From: Epiperipatus broadwayi
Taxonomy: Eukaryota; Animalia; Onychophora
Assembly: GCA_028023455.1 (NCBI GenBank)
Contig: JAQFVV010000003.1
Span: 13,640,001 to 13,704,000 of the forward strand
DNA length: 64,000 nucleotides
Reading direction: 5' to 3'
The position numbers were made by a program, and so were the translations under genes. Shown here one piece after another: positions 52,951 through 64,000 of the stretch. The notes below the pieces were generated by a model. That model searched no databases. It saw nothing but the letters and a program-made list of their open reading frames with translations, and was not told where the DNA came from. Position 1 is the stretch's first letter. Every line of letters begins with the position of its first letter.

Positions 52951-55863
52951 TGTAAGCAGAACCTATGCCCGTTTTATCTTCAAAATGGTCGAGTAGAATG
53001 GCGACAACTCACCTCTCGGCCCTTAGTCGGGAAATGGAAAGACTTTGGTCCGATAAAATGTAATGCCGTACACCAGCAAAGTAAAGCCACCCATGGGAAA
53101 GTCTCTATTAAACTTTAAATCATCGTCAAAAGTGTCAACTTAATATCCTCCTAAACGCCTAGAACTGTAATCCAGAGAACTGCAATGAAAACAACTGAAT
53201 GGTAAATTTTCTCTGAGAGATCTGTTTATAAACTGTGACTTTCGATTCTTTCTTTTAAAAGCTAGCTATTTATTAAATCTGCCTTTCCCAAACACCTTTA
53301 TTAAAACCTACAAAGAAGATCGTTAAATGCTAAATCTTGCCTGATTGTAAAACTTGAATACTCCTTTAAAATGTAACACTCGAATTCTCTTTTAAAATGT
53401 AAAATTCTAATAATCTATTCTAAATGTATAATTTCCTGCGGTCTTTTATGCCTATTTCTAAATCTATTCGATTTATTTTATGATTTTATCATTTTAATAT
53501 CATATGTATTTAATATGCCAAATGACTCGAAACCACAAGTATTTATAAATATAATTTTAGCTTATTGATCTGCGAAGATAATTTCAAATCTTCGCTATGA
53601 TAAATATTAAATAATTGAATTATTATTTTTCATTCTCACTCGCTGTTTCAAGATCATATTATTATTTTACTGATTAAGTTTTGAGTATTAATATTACAAT
53701 AATCAGTTATCTAGTTAAGATTGTAGTTTGCTTAATTCTAGTTATGAATTATGACTATTTATATATGCAACTGGTACATCATAGGAACTAGCCACAGAGA
53801 TATTCTCAAAACATATTTTAATTTTTTATTCGTAATTACCCCGCAAATATGCTTTGTCCTCCTTAGATTTATATATGTTGAGATGCAGGTGATAATATTA
53901 AACTAGGTTACTAATTAATTTAGTCCCAAAATAGTATATTTGAAATACTACATTTGAGAACTGGATTGTATAGATATGCAAATAGACGCTATCTAATTTT
54001 AAGGCACGATAATATAACTTTACGTATCTGTGTTATATATATGTATAAGTTGGGATGTGTCCTTACAAAGTACGCAATGTACGATTATCTGCTTGCTGCA
54101 TGATTCTTGATGACTTGCTGGTGGAGGCCACTCTCATCCACTTAATTCGGGTTCAAGCATACTTTTAGAACTAGGGCACAAGGACCTAAATTAGTCATAA
54201 TGCTTATCCGACTAATGTTCCTATTCGTAGCAAGTTGAGCAGTTTTAGGGCAAACCGAGTCTTTGAGACTGAAGCCCGTAAATAATGACCCATTCGCACC
54301 TTTTTGCTTAATTAATATTTTAATATGTGCCATACAGTATATAGGTAAACCTATTATAAACCAGTTTTCTCTCCTTTTATATCCCTTTTCCCGCCTCTTA
54401 CGAAGCTCCTCGTCGACATCTGACGTCACTCTAACTCTGCCAGTTCTTATGTTAAATATTTGTTTGAGAGGTATTGAATAGGTTTTTAAAAGTTCTGTAA
54501 GATGGTGCCCTCTTCCGAATTATTTTACAAGTAAAAAATAAAAAAAAACACATTTAAACCTAAACAAAGAAAGAACATGAGTTGTGATTGGTTCTTAGCA
54601 TGCTCTCAGCCGAAAAAGACATTCTGATTGGCTGGAAAGAACAAAGAAACTGCCTGATCAAAGAAAATAAAGAAAAACGCTGAGATTTTCATTTCGAATA
54701 TGATTTAAAGTATTATAAAATTATATTTATGGAAATTACAAATTATTTTCAGAGAGAATAATAAAAAAACAAAATTATTTTCGAAAAATATTGAAGATTT
54801 TAGTAAAAATATTGAAGATTTAGTAAAAAGAAATATTTACTTTTCTATAACGTAAAAGTCGACCTTTTTGTTTATATTATAGCTTTTATGTTGCCGAAAT
54901 TGAATATTTTAGAATAAATAAATAGCAATTTATTTTTGAAAGAACTTTCGTTCTCGTCATAACCTGAAAAATTAGTAATAGACTTTTTATAAATGTATCT
55001 GAGTTGAATTTAATATTATAGGCGAATATGTTTTAACAATAGGCTTTGTCTTCAGTTTGTGAGTTGGCCAATTAAAAGATTTGATTTTTACCTCATACAA
55101 CCAATAATATAATTAGCGGTTTAAGGGATATTAAATGCTTATCTGGTATTAGTGTATATCCTAATCCAAATTAACACGCTAACCTGTGTATCTGAGCCTA
55201 ATTACATGCTCGATTTAACTTTGTATAGATAGACGCCATAGGAGCGCTATCAAGTTAGTTATATAACTTTGGCTATAAAGTTCTGTTTGATCTAGCAGAC
55301 TACAAAGGAGCTAAAAATTTGGTATATTAATATAGGCATAAACTCCAATACCGCAATACACTTATTAAACACTTATAATGAGATATGTAACATTAATCTC
55401 ATTAGTTATATAATGCCTACGAGCGTAATATCTTACGTTCCCATCACATAATTTTGTATATTTTGATTTATTTGTTATTGTTTTATTAAACTAATAATAT
55501 TTAAAATAATAACTCGTTTTCATAATTTTATTGTCCGTGAGTTCATTTTATCCAACTCTAGATTTAATTGCACATACATCATCATATCTATAGGTAGGTC
55601 ATTCTATTATATTTTATAAGCAATCATTGATATATTAATTAATCACTTAGTCCTAGGTGTGTATATCTGACCAAATCAGTTTTAAATTAAATGTCTGTGT
55701 AAGTTGAGAAGTGTCATCCATAGGGTATTAGATCATTGAGCAGAGGTGAAAGAATTGAATGTTGGTCGGACTCTGGATCCCAGTATCCGTCTTTGATCAG
55801 TTTTAGTGTATTTTGCCTATGTTCTAGATTTTGTTGCGTGGAGGGACAATTCTTACCGTTACA
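52951..55863. mobile_element. CpG-retaining non-coding block with LTR-like termini (possible long solo LTR)
   Basis: Starts TGTAAG, ends GTTACA; visibly more CG dinucleotides than the flanks; CCAAT-like GATTGGCTG and GATTGGTT near 54590-54630; no recognisable ORF; no TSD confirmed. Confidence 0.35.
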
Positions 55864-57559
55864 ATATATATTCAAAACTAAAACCGGAGACTAATATAAA
55901 ATAATATAAAACAATTTGATCAGAGTTGGACATGCTAAAAATATGCTGAATAAGTTACTCAAATATAAACATAAAAACATATCTACACAGAAAAATAAAA
56001 TCTCTTATGAATAAAAAAATTAATATTCAAATTTCTCCTTTCATTAAATAGACTCAATAAAAATACTATGAACAGAGGTAAGAATAACGATAAATTATAG
56101 GTGGTATACGTTTTGGATTGACAGGTTTGTCAGACTATATATTCTGGAGATATATGACCAAACATAAAGAAGAAAAGAGAACAATGTAATAATCTATATA
56201 AAATGGCTAAATATTATAGTGCACAAACTTCTGTTTCAGCATGAAAAAGAAAATAGTCATTTCTTTGAATCTGTTGATGCCAAAATTACTTTGTTTGGAA
56301 AAAATAAAAAATATAAAAATAAGAGAGAATTATGTAGATACTTAACAAGAACTGGTATTTTAATTTATAATATATATAAATAGATTTGCTAAAAAATTTA
56401 ATTTAACTTTGACAAAGATGCTTTACATTGAAAGCCCAACTAAAGTAATTTTAAATGTTAATAATAACATAATAATTATTAAATGATCACATATTCTTAC
56501 CGAATATAATTTTATATTATAGCTATTTATAGATCTTATTAGCAATTTAAACAAATTATATATAAATATTTAATTTAAAAAAAAAAAAAAAACTAGCTAA
56601 AATCAACCAAAAATTATGACAATAAAAATAATTGCTACTTATTAATTAACATTCAATTTTTTTTTTTTTAGCATTGTCACTCAGCCTAATATATATATAT
56701 ATTACATATAACAATTCGGTAATGTAATTTATTACTATATTTATTAAAAAAATATTTTTTTGCATACTTTTCTATATATCTTCAGAAAAATATGATAAAT
56801 TATTAATTTATTTTATTTGATATAAAATACTTATTGCATTCTTTTCTTTATATTTGAACATAATAAATATTGAATACTCTAAAATAAAATATATAAATGA
56901 AATTGTAACAAAAGAAAAAAAATGCAAATGAATTAAATATGGCCATATACAATTGAAAAAAAGCACTGCATGGAAAGTAAATCAATTTATTGGTTAATAA
57001 ATAATGTTTATTGAAATTGCAGTGAGATTAAAAAAAAAGAGTGAACGTATTACTATGTGGAAACAGCTGATACCTTCACGAAGTGGGTTTTGCATAAAAT
57101 CATTAAAAAAAATCAAACATAAAACTAAAATCAATTATTTAAAGCTATTAAATATTTTAAAAATGTAAAAAAAAATTTAATATGTTTTTATAAATTTTCT
57201 TTGAATAAAAAAACTTTTAAAAGCAAAATTCTTGAAAGTACAATAGTCCTGTATCTACTGCACTTGATTCCAAGCTTTCCTATAGATTCTTGAAACTCTT
57301 GATAATAGTGAAGCCTAAACAATATACACTTTATATATATATATATACACATAGAGATTAATACTCCAACACTGGTCTATTAAGTAAATGAAATACTCTC
57401 AATCCAAAGCACAAAATAAAACTTTGGAGAAAAGATCTGGTGTCTTTTCCCATTATCTCTCATATAAACTGAGGTAAAGAGAAATGATGTACGCTCTTTT
57501 CAAGCTCTATACAATCAAAATAAGAAGCAAAAAAGAGAATTTATTGTAAAATATTAAAT

Positions 57560-58062
57560 AAACTACTTATCAAAAAATTAACATTCTACTCAAGCCTAAA
57601 AACTCAATTTCTATTGAAATCCATGGAGTTTATAAAATTTAATGTAGCATTTATAAAACTTCTTATATAGATATATGCTGGAAGAGATGAACGTTAATGC
57701 AAACAAAAAGCACTCATTATCATCAGCACTATATCTCCATGCTATAGATACAGATCATAGTATTGATTTTTATAACAAGAGAATACTATCCAGATGTAAC
57801 ACTTTCCAACAATGTCAGATCAGAGAAGCCGCCAAGATCCTTAAAAGACCAGATTGTATCAACAAATGTCATGATGCATACAAATTATCTTCTATTTGGA
57901 AGAATTTTTAAAAAACTCATTAATTTTTCTGATATTTATTATTTTTATCTGTTTCTATTAATAGAACACTCATTATTATTAAATGTCAATGTTTACAGTA
58001 CTTCTACAACTATTTTCATATTTATTACCCAGATGATGACCAATGATCTGGCTGAAACATTG
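57560..58062 (+). mobile_element. Old Penelope-like element 3' remnant (GIY-YIG plus degenerate hammerhead)
   Basis: GVYKI*CS..KTSYI at 57625; ORF 57675-57911 (SALYLHAIDTDHSIDF..IREAAKILKRPDCINK..YKLSSIWKNF*); downstream CAGATGA-T-GACCA-ATGATC-TGGCT-GAAACATT (58030-58061). Confidence 0.8.
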
Positions 58063-58522
58063 ATATACATATATATTTACTACAATTAATTATATACAAA
58101 TGTACCAGATAACATTTCATCTGTATCTGTAGCCAGTGAAAAATCATTTTAATATATATATATTGTAGTGATAACAAGGCAGGATGACATTGGTATTCAG
58201 CTAGGGGGAAGGAGATTGCTAAAATAAAGAACAATATTTATAATAATTGTATTTTAGTAATTAATAATAAAATCTATGTGTGTGACCACGCAGGAAAAAA
58301 AGACAAAGTACTTGTCTATTTAAACAGATATTGAATCTAATTAGTTTTAATTAGAGAAAGAAGGAAGGTGTTATATCCTTGGAGGAAAAAACCTTGCTCT
58401 AATTAAAGATGGCCACTGAAATGTCTAAACACAATACAAATAATTCTAAAGAATATAACTTTTATTTCATTAAAAAAATATATATAAATAAATTGTTTCA
58501 TTAAACATAATTTTACATTTTT

Positions 58523-61033
58523 TGGTTCTCATCTGATCCTTCGTGTCAGCCACGGGATGGCGCTATTTCTAACCAAAAACACATTAATATAACGTTCCAG
58601 GGCTAGCGATTCTCTATTAATATTGATTTTTTTTTTGTTTACAAAGTTTACTTTCTTTTGTTTCTGAATTATTTTTCCCAAATAATATTTTTGACAATGG
58701 GATAATAATAGTTGTTTTTTTTAATTTTTATTGACAAGAGGGTCTTTTTTGGTGTGTGTTCAAATAGTAATTTGTGTTTTTTTAAAAAGTATTACTGTTT
58801 TGTAAAATTTGATTGACAAAATTCAAGAGAGAACGAGTTTTTTTGATGGATTTTTAAATAATAATTTAAGTTACTTTTATAGGTTTACATTTGATTGCTG
58901 ACAACAATTAGTGGGAGGGGTGTTTTTGTGTACGATTAAATAATAATTTACGTTACTTTTATTTTACATTTGATTGCCAACAACATTTACTGGGAGAAGT
59001 GGGTTTTTTTTTTTTGTGTGTGTATGTTTAAATAAAAATTTAAGTTACTTTTATTGGTTTACATTTGATTGACAACCAATTTGACTTCCTTTCTTTTATA
59101 ATTATGATTTTGGTTCTACAAATAAATATTTTTGACAATGGGACAATAATAGTTGTTTCTTTAATTTTTATTGACAAGAGGGTGTTTTTTGGTGTATGTT
59201 CAAATAGTAATTTGGGTTATGATTAAATAATAAGTTACGGTCTTACTTTTATTGGTTCACATTTGATTGACACTAATTATTGGGAGGTGTTTTTTTTGTG
59301 TATGATTGTCGACAACAATTATTGGGAAAAGGGATGTAACCGGTTAAAGAATAGTTTACATTACTTTTAGTGGTGGTGTACATTTGATTAACAATAATTA
59401 GTGAGAGGGTGGGTGTTTTTGGGTGATGATTACATACTAATTTACGTTACTTCTATTTTACATTTGATTGCTGACAACAATTATTGGGAGAAAGGGGTTG
59501 TTTTTTGTGTATGTTTAAATAAAAATTTAAGTTACTTTTATTTGTTACATTTGATGGACAACCGATTTGACTTTCTTTTTTTTTCGTTTATAAATTATTG
59601 TTTTGGTTTCCCCAATAATATTTTTGACAATGGGACAATAATAGTTGTTGTTTCTTTCATTTTTATTGACAAGAGGGTCTTTTTTGGTGTATGTTCAAAT
59701 AGTAATTTGGGTTACATTTAAAAAATAATTTACCTTACTTTTAGTGCTTTACATTTGATTGCCGACAACAATTAGTGGGAGGGGTGTTTTTGTGTATGAT
59801 TAAATAATAATTTACGTTACTTTTATTTTTTACATTTTATTGCCGACAACAATTATTGGGAGAAAGGGTTTGCTTTTTTTTTGTTTGTGTGCATGTTTAA
59901 ATCAAAATTTAAGTTACTTTTATTGGTTACCATTTGATTGACAACCGATTTGACTTTCTTTTTTTCATTTATAAATTATTTGGGTTTCCCAAATAATATT
60001 TGGTTTGACAATGGGACAATAATAGTTGTTTCTTTAATTTTTATTGACAAGAGCGGGTCTTTTTTGGTGTATGTTCAAATAGTAATTTGGGTTATGTTTA
60101 AATAATAATTTACGGTCTTACTTTTATTGGTTTACATTTGATTGCCAACAACAATTAGTGAGTTTTTTTTCTATAAGATTAAAGAATAATTTACGTTACT
60201 TTTATTTGACCATTTGATTGCCAACGACAACGATTGGGAGAAGGGATGTATGTTTAAATAAAAATTGAAGTTACTTTTATTTTTTACATTTGACGAAGGC
60301 CATTTGGAATCCCTTAAACAAGCGCTGCCCTTTTATGAAGTGAACATTTCCGTCGGCAACAACGAGACTTACAAATGAAAGTCAAAAGATGTTATTGGAC
60401 CTCAAATATGCATATATTTGCCGCACAATCCAATCTTTTCTTTCAGCAGCGGATGTTTTTCTGCTGTAGAAATATTCCAGCGCAGGTTTCCATGTCTGGC
60501 AATTCCCATCTTTTCAAGTTTTCTGAGTTGGAATTAGCCATCTTCTTGGTCTCGGAAATATTCTCGCTAAAACGTGACCCAAAGCGTGATTGTTAAAAAA
60601 TTTATGCTACCCCACCCTAATAGAGAATTTAGGAGGCTTACAGCTTTATGAGGAACAATCAAGACACTGTTAAAATTGTTAAAAGGTAACAGTACATCAA
60701 TTCGTCTTTAAAAAAAAGGCCCCAATGAAAATTTAAATAATTTTGACACCCTCGTATGATAGTTACATAAAATACATAACACAGCATTATGATGTAGTGC
60801 ACGACACAAACAACTATGGCATTTTCCTCTGCTTTTAGCATCAGAAAAAGCCACACCATTAGCCGCTAAGCCAAGGTAACACTCTTTCTAGGTTTTATCA
60901 TAGAAAGAAGACTTAACTCCAAGTTAACACTCTACCTTTTAGCATAGAAAGAAGACAGAAATGGCATATTTCTAGAAATTTAGCTAGAAATAGCGCCATC
61001 CTGCGGCTGACATGAAGGATCAGATGACAACCC
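58523..61033. mobile_element. Unassigned ~2.5-kb TIR DNA element, apparently non-autonomous
   Basis: ~48-bp TIRs GGTTCTCATCTGATCCTTCGTGTCAGCCACGGGATGGCGCTATTTCTA (58524-58571) and TAGAAATAGCGCCATCCTGCGGCTGACATGAAGGATCAGATGACAACCC (~60985-61033). Flanks ATTTTT on both sides, but TSD length is ambiguous in poly-T. Confidence 0.8.
58620..60295. repeat. Higher-order tandem array inside the TIR element
   Basis: Block starting AATAATATTTTTGACAATGGGA at 58681, ~59121, 59614 and 59992, each followed by 2-4 related ~80-bp units (TTACTTTTATTGGTTTACATTTGATTGCCGACAACAATTA..GGGAG). Confidence 0.9.
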
Positions 61034-62277
61034 ATTTTTTTTGTAAAGTACATAGTTCGTTCAGCTGTGAAGAGTTATTATTATGCAGCTTGAAGTGTGT
61101 GCTAAATTGAAAAAGAGATATTAATATGTTGACTTTGTAAATAATTTTAAATTTAATAAAATAATTGAAACAACAAAGTGTTGGGAATTAAATTCCCAGA
61201 AGAAAGAAGATAAAAAAATTGTGACACAGTTCATGCACAGGAGATGAGACAGAGAGGTATAAGATTGACCCAGGAATCATTTATGAGATTAGTTGTCATC
61301 TTTCTACCAGAAGAACAGCAGGGTTGTAAATATCAGAAAAAGTTAATGAAATGAAAAACTTTAATCTTTACTATAGAAAAAGCCCAAATGCATGAATAAA
61401 CTTCAGATGTTCACCAGTACCATCCTTTGATGTTGCTGCTGAAATGCTACCTTGATATCTGCTGCTGTGACTGTATCACACCATAGATACTTAACCATAC
61501 AATAAGAAAACACATTACAACAGTCTAATGGAGATATTAAAAAATCTTCAACCCATGGCCATGGTAAATGTCCAAAAAGTACTTTGATTAAAGAGAAAAA
61601 AAACATTCAAGGTCTTTATAAACACTCAAAGTTGAATAGAAACTATATCCAGTGAATTATCTTGTTAATTAAATTATATTTGTATTCATAGTTATTATAA
61701 TTTATGTATTATCTTTATAAACTTTATAAGCTTATTTATAAGTTATATATATATTAACATATTTTAAAATTATATTCGTTAATCATTGAGTGTTGCATAT
61801 ATATGTTAGAAGTTTAAGAGTAACGTATGTAAATGAATAGGTTGTATTTTTATAATTTATATATTGTTTATTGATTAAATGTTATTACAAAAATTTAAAT
61901 CAGCAATCTCCATAGTTTTCATTATCTCTATCTTGTGGAATGAATGCCAGCCAATACAGTCATATAGTTTATAATCTAATTAGAAATAAAAAACTTCTAA
62001 TAAGTAACTATTTATTATTATGAACTTCGGAAGGTGTGTGCAGTGACCCATCAATGACACTAGTGCCTTAAAAAAAAGAAATAAAAGCTATCAGGAGTAT
62101 TTTTAATTCAAATAAAATGTTAAATATTAGCACTAGGAGTTTTGATGGTCAAGAAATATAATTGTCTTTTAAGTAATGAATTAGATTATTTGCTGAGGAT
62201 ATAAATACTAAACCATAAATGTGTTAAAACTCTTTTAAACACCAGGTATTCTACAGGTAAGTACAAATATACATATT

Positions 62278-64000
62278 GTAACGATCCGGAGAAAGTGACT
62301 TAACGTAAACTGCACTACGGGGCGATCCAAAGTGGTAGATCGCATCGCACCGCACCGCACTACCAAAGGGCGCCATCTAGGCATTTGAGCCTAGAAAAAT
62401 TTATAGAGTAGGCAGATACGCGCTGTTAGGATTCCACTTTATTTACATATTTAGATCGTTAGCCCATTGTCACTAGCTCAGCGGAATAGCAGAGATTTAA
62501 TAATATCATTTACTAGTATATAAAAGAATAAAGTAAGCCACTGCCAGTAATTATCATACAAACAGATTTATTTATGCATATATATATAAGGTTTAAAATT
62601 ATTTTAGTGATTTACATTTAAACATTTAACATTATTTTTAACTTTGATTTTACTTTAATTTACATTGAGTTACTATTATATTATAAATTTACATTTTTAA
62701 TCAAGTTCGCACAGATGGGCTTATAAACCTGTTTAATATGTTGCTATAGATCGGTTACATAGATTTCAACGGTCAAAAACATTTCAAAGTAAACATAAAC
62801 GATCAAAATACAAAATTATTGATTACTGACAATTGCATAGGGAATTATAAGAAACCCTCTAGTATTCATCGTAAGATACTTGCATCGTCACCAATAACTT
62901 AAAAGACATCCGAATAAATACATTTTTAGATACTCACCATAAGGTATCAGTATTTGTCGAATGTCTATATATTTTGATCAAATATGAAAACGCAAAACAT
63001 AGTTAACCGATAAACAATCCATGCAAGCGTCTATAAACAACTTAAATTTAATGCATTTTTATTTAGGGTCGAGTATGAATACTACATAGATTTGCATTGA
63101 AATTAAAATATTCTATCCCTATTTAACCTTAGGCTAAAATTCGCAGTCAAACTGGCATCAATCCATCTGATACATTCATGTATTCAATGTAGCATGATAC
63201 GACAACACAACAATATTGTCGGGAATGTACATCTGAACAATATGTAGAAATAGAAACGACATTGACTCTCCACCCACAGGGATGTGACATCTGTGGGCAA
63301 GTAGATCAATAAACTAAAAACTCCATAGGAATGGGCTGCGGTATTCTGCCGACTTACAAACCCATCCATAGGCAAACAGAGGGTGTGTGGCGTATATCTA
63401 TAATCCTGCCCGTAGCGGATCTCATATTACACCTACTAATTACATAAATATATCCAATCCATTGAACCAATTCAACTACGAAATGAACAACCCAAGATTA
63501 CCCTCCCTTAATATATCTTTACAAATCGATACAGCCATTCACGCCCGACTTAAGTTTAACATTTTTATAATTAATTTAACGGAAACAACAATCATAATAA
63601 AACTTAAAGAACAAAAAATAAAGAAATGGAAATGATTTTACAAAATAAATAAGAAAAAAAAATACATCAAATAACATTATTAATTTAGTTTGGTCAGATA
63701 GGAAACTAATGCAATTATTTTAAATACGAAAAGTTTTTAACTTAATGTTCATTAATTGTAAAGTTCTTACGGTTTTAAACAGTTCATCTTTATCTGTCGT
63801 TTGTAAGTTTGAACGGGAATTCCCACGCCGTCCTGAAGATATTGGTATACATTTAGCCGATGTTTTATTTATTCATTCGGAGGTTTTTTAATTTGGTTGG
63901 TCCTCAATGTAGGAAACGATAGTTCATTTCTCCTTTCTTTAACAGCTGAAAGAATTGACCGTGCGTCTGTCAATTCCTCCAACTCCGTACTACTACATAT
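62278..64000. mobile_element. CpG-retaining insertion beginning TGTAACG, probably an LTR element running off the window
   Basis: Abrupt composition change at TGTAACGATCCGG (62278); CG-rich start; no assignable protein; other end not visible. Confidence 0.4.

Noticed and set aside
54142-54481. Overlapping ORFs of 95 aa and 72 aa
   Set aside because: No recognisable domain or splice context; expected by chance in a GC-richer repeat block.
58620-60295. CRISPR-like alternation of a ~35-bp conserved core with variable sequence
   Set aside because: The intervening sequences are homologous to each other, unit lengths are irregular, there are no cas genes and the context is a eukaryotic intron.
61403-61606. 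67-aa ORF in a GC-richer island
   Set aside because: No WD40 or transposase motif recognised in any frame; cannot be assigned.

Overview
Very AT-rich, CpG-depleted eukaryotic (invertebrate-like) DNA. The only host gene I can support is POC1 on the minus strand: two consecutive phase-0 exons (23195-23263 and 12130-12282) splice to DAVNSVSFSRNGNYFASGGADDQ|VLVWKTNFD..., so most or all of the window is probably POC1 intron. The introns hold decayed transposons: RTE LINEs, two Gypsy elements, a Merlin inside a Gypsy LTR, a hAT MITE, tRNA-derived SINE heads, an unassigned 2.5-kb TIR element with an internal higher-order repeat, and CpG-rich LTR-like blocks. The main unusual signal is six foldback (long inverted-repeat) insertions from unrelated sequence families. 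Five show target-site duplication + 30-45 nt tail + inverted arm + spacer + arm + TSD; the sixth lacks a clear tail. Every one carries a minimal hammerhead-ribozyme-like motif; stem III is self-complementary, or one CpG-type change away from it. One foldback contains a Penelope GIY-YIG 3' end, linking the set to Penelope-like elements (PLEs). Three instead carry tRNA-like Pol III boxes, suggesting non-autonomous tRNA/hammerhead retroelements mobilised by PLEs. One hammerhead (30973-31016, +) has a fully intact core. All alignments were done by eye; remnant boundaries are approximate.
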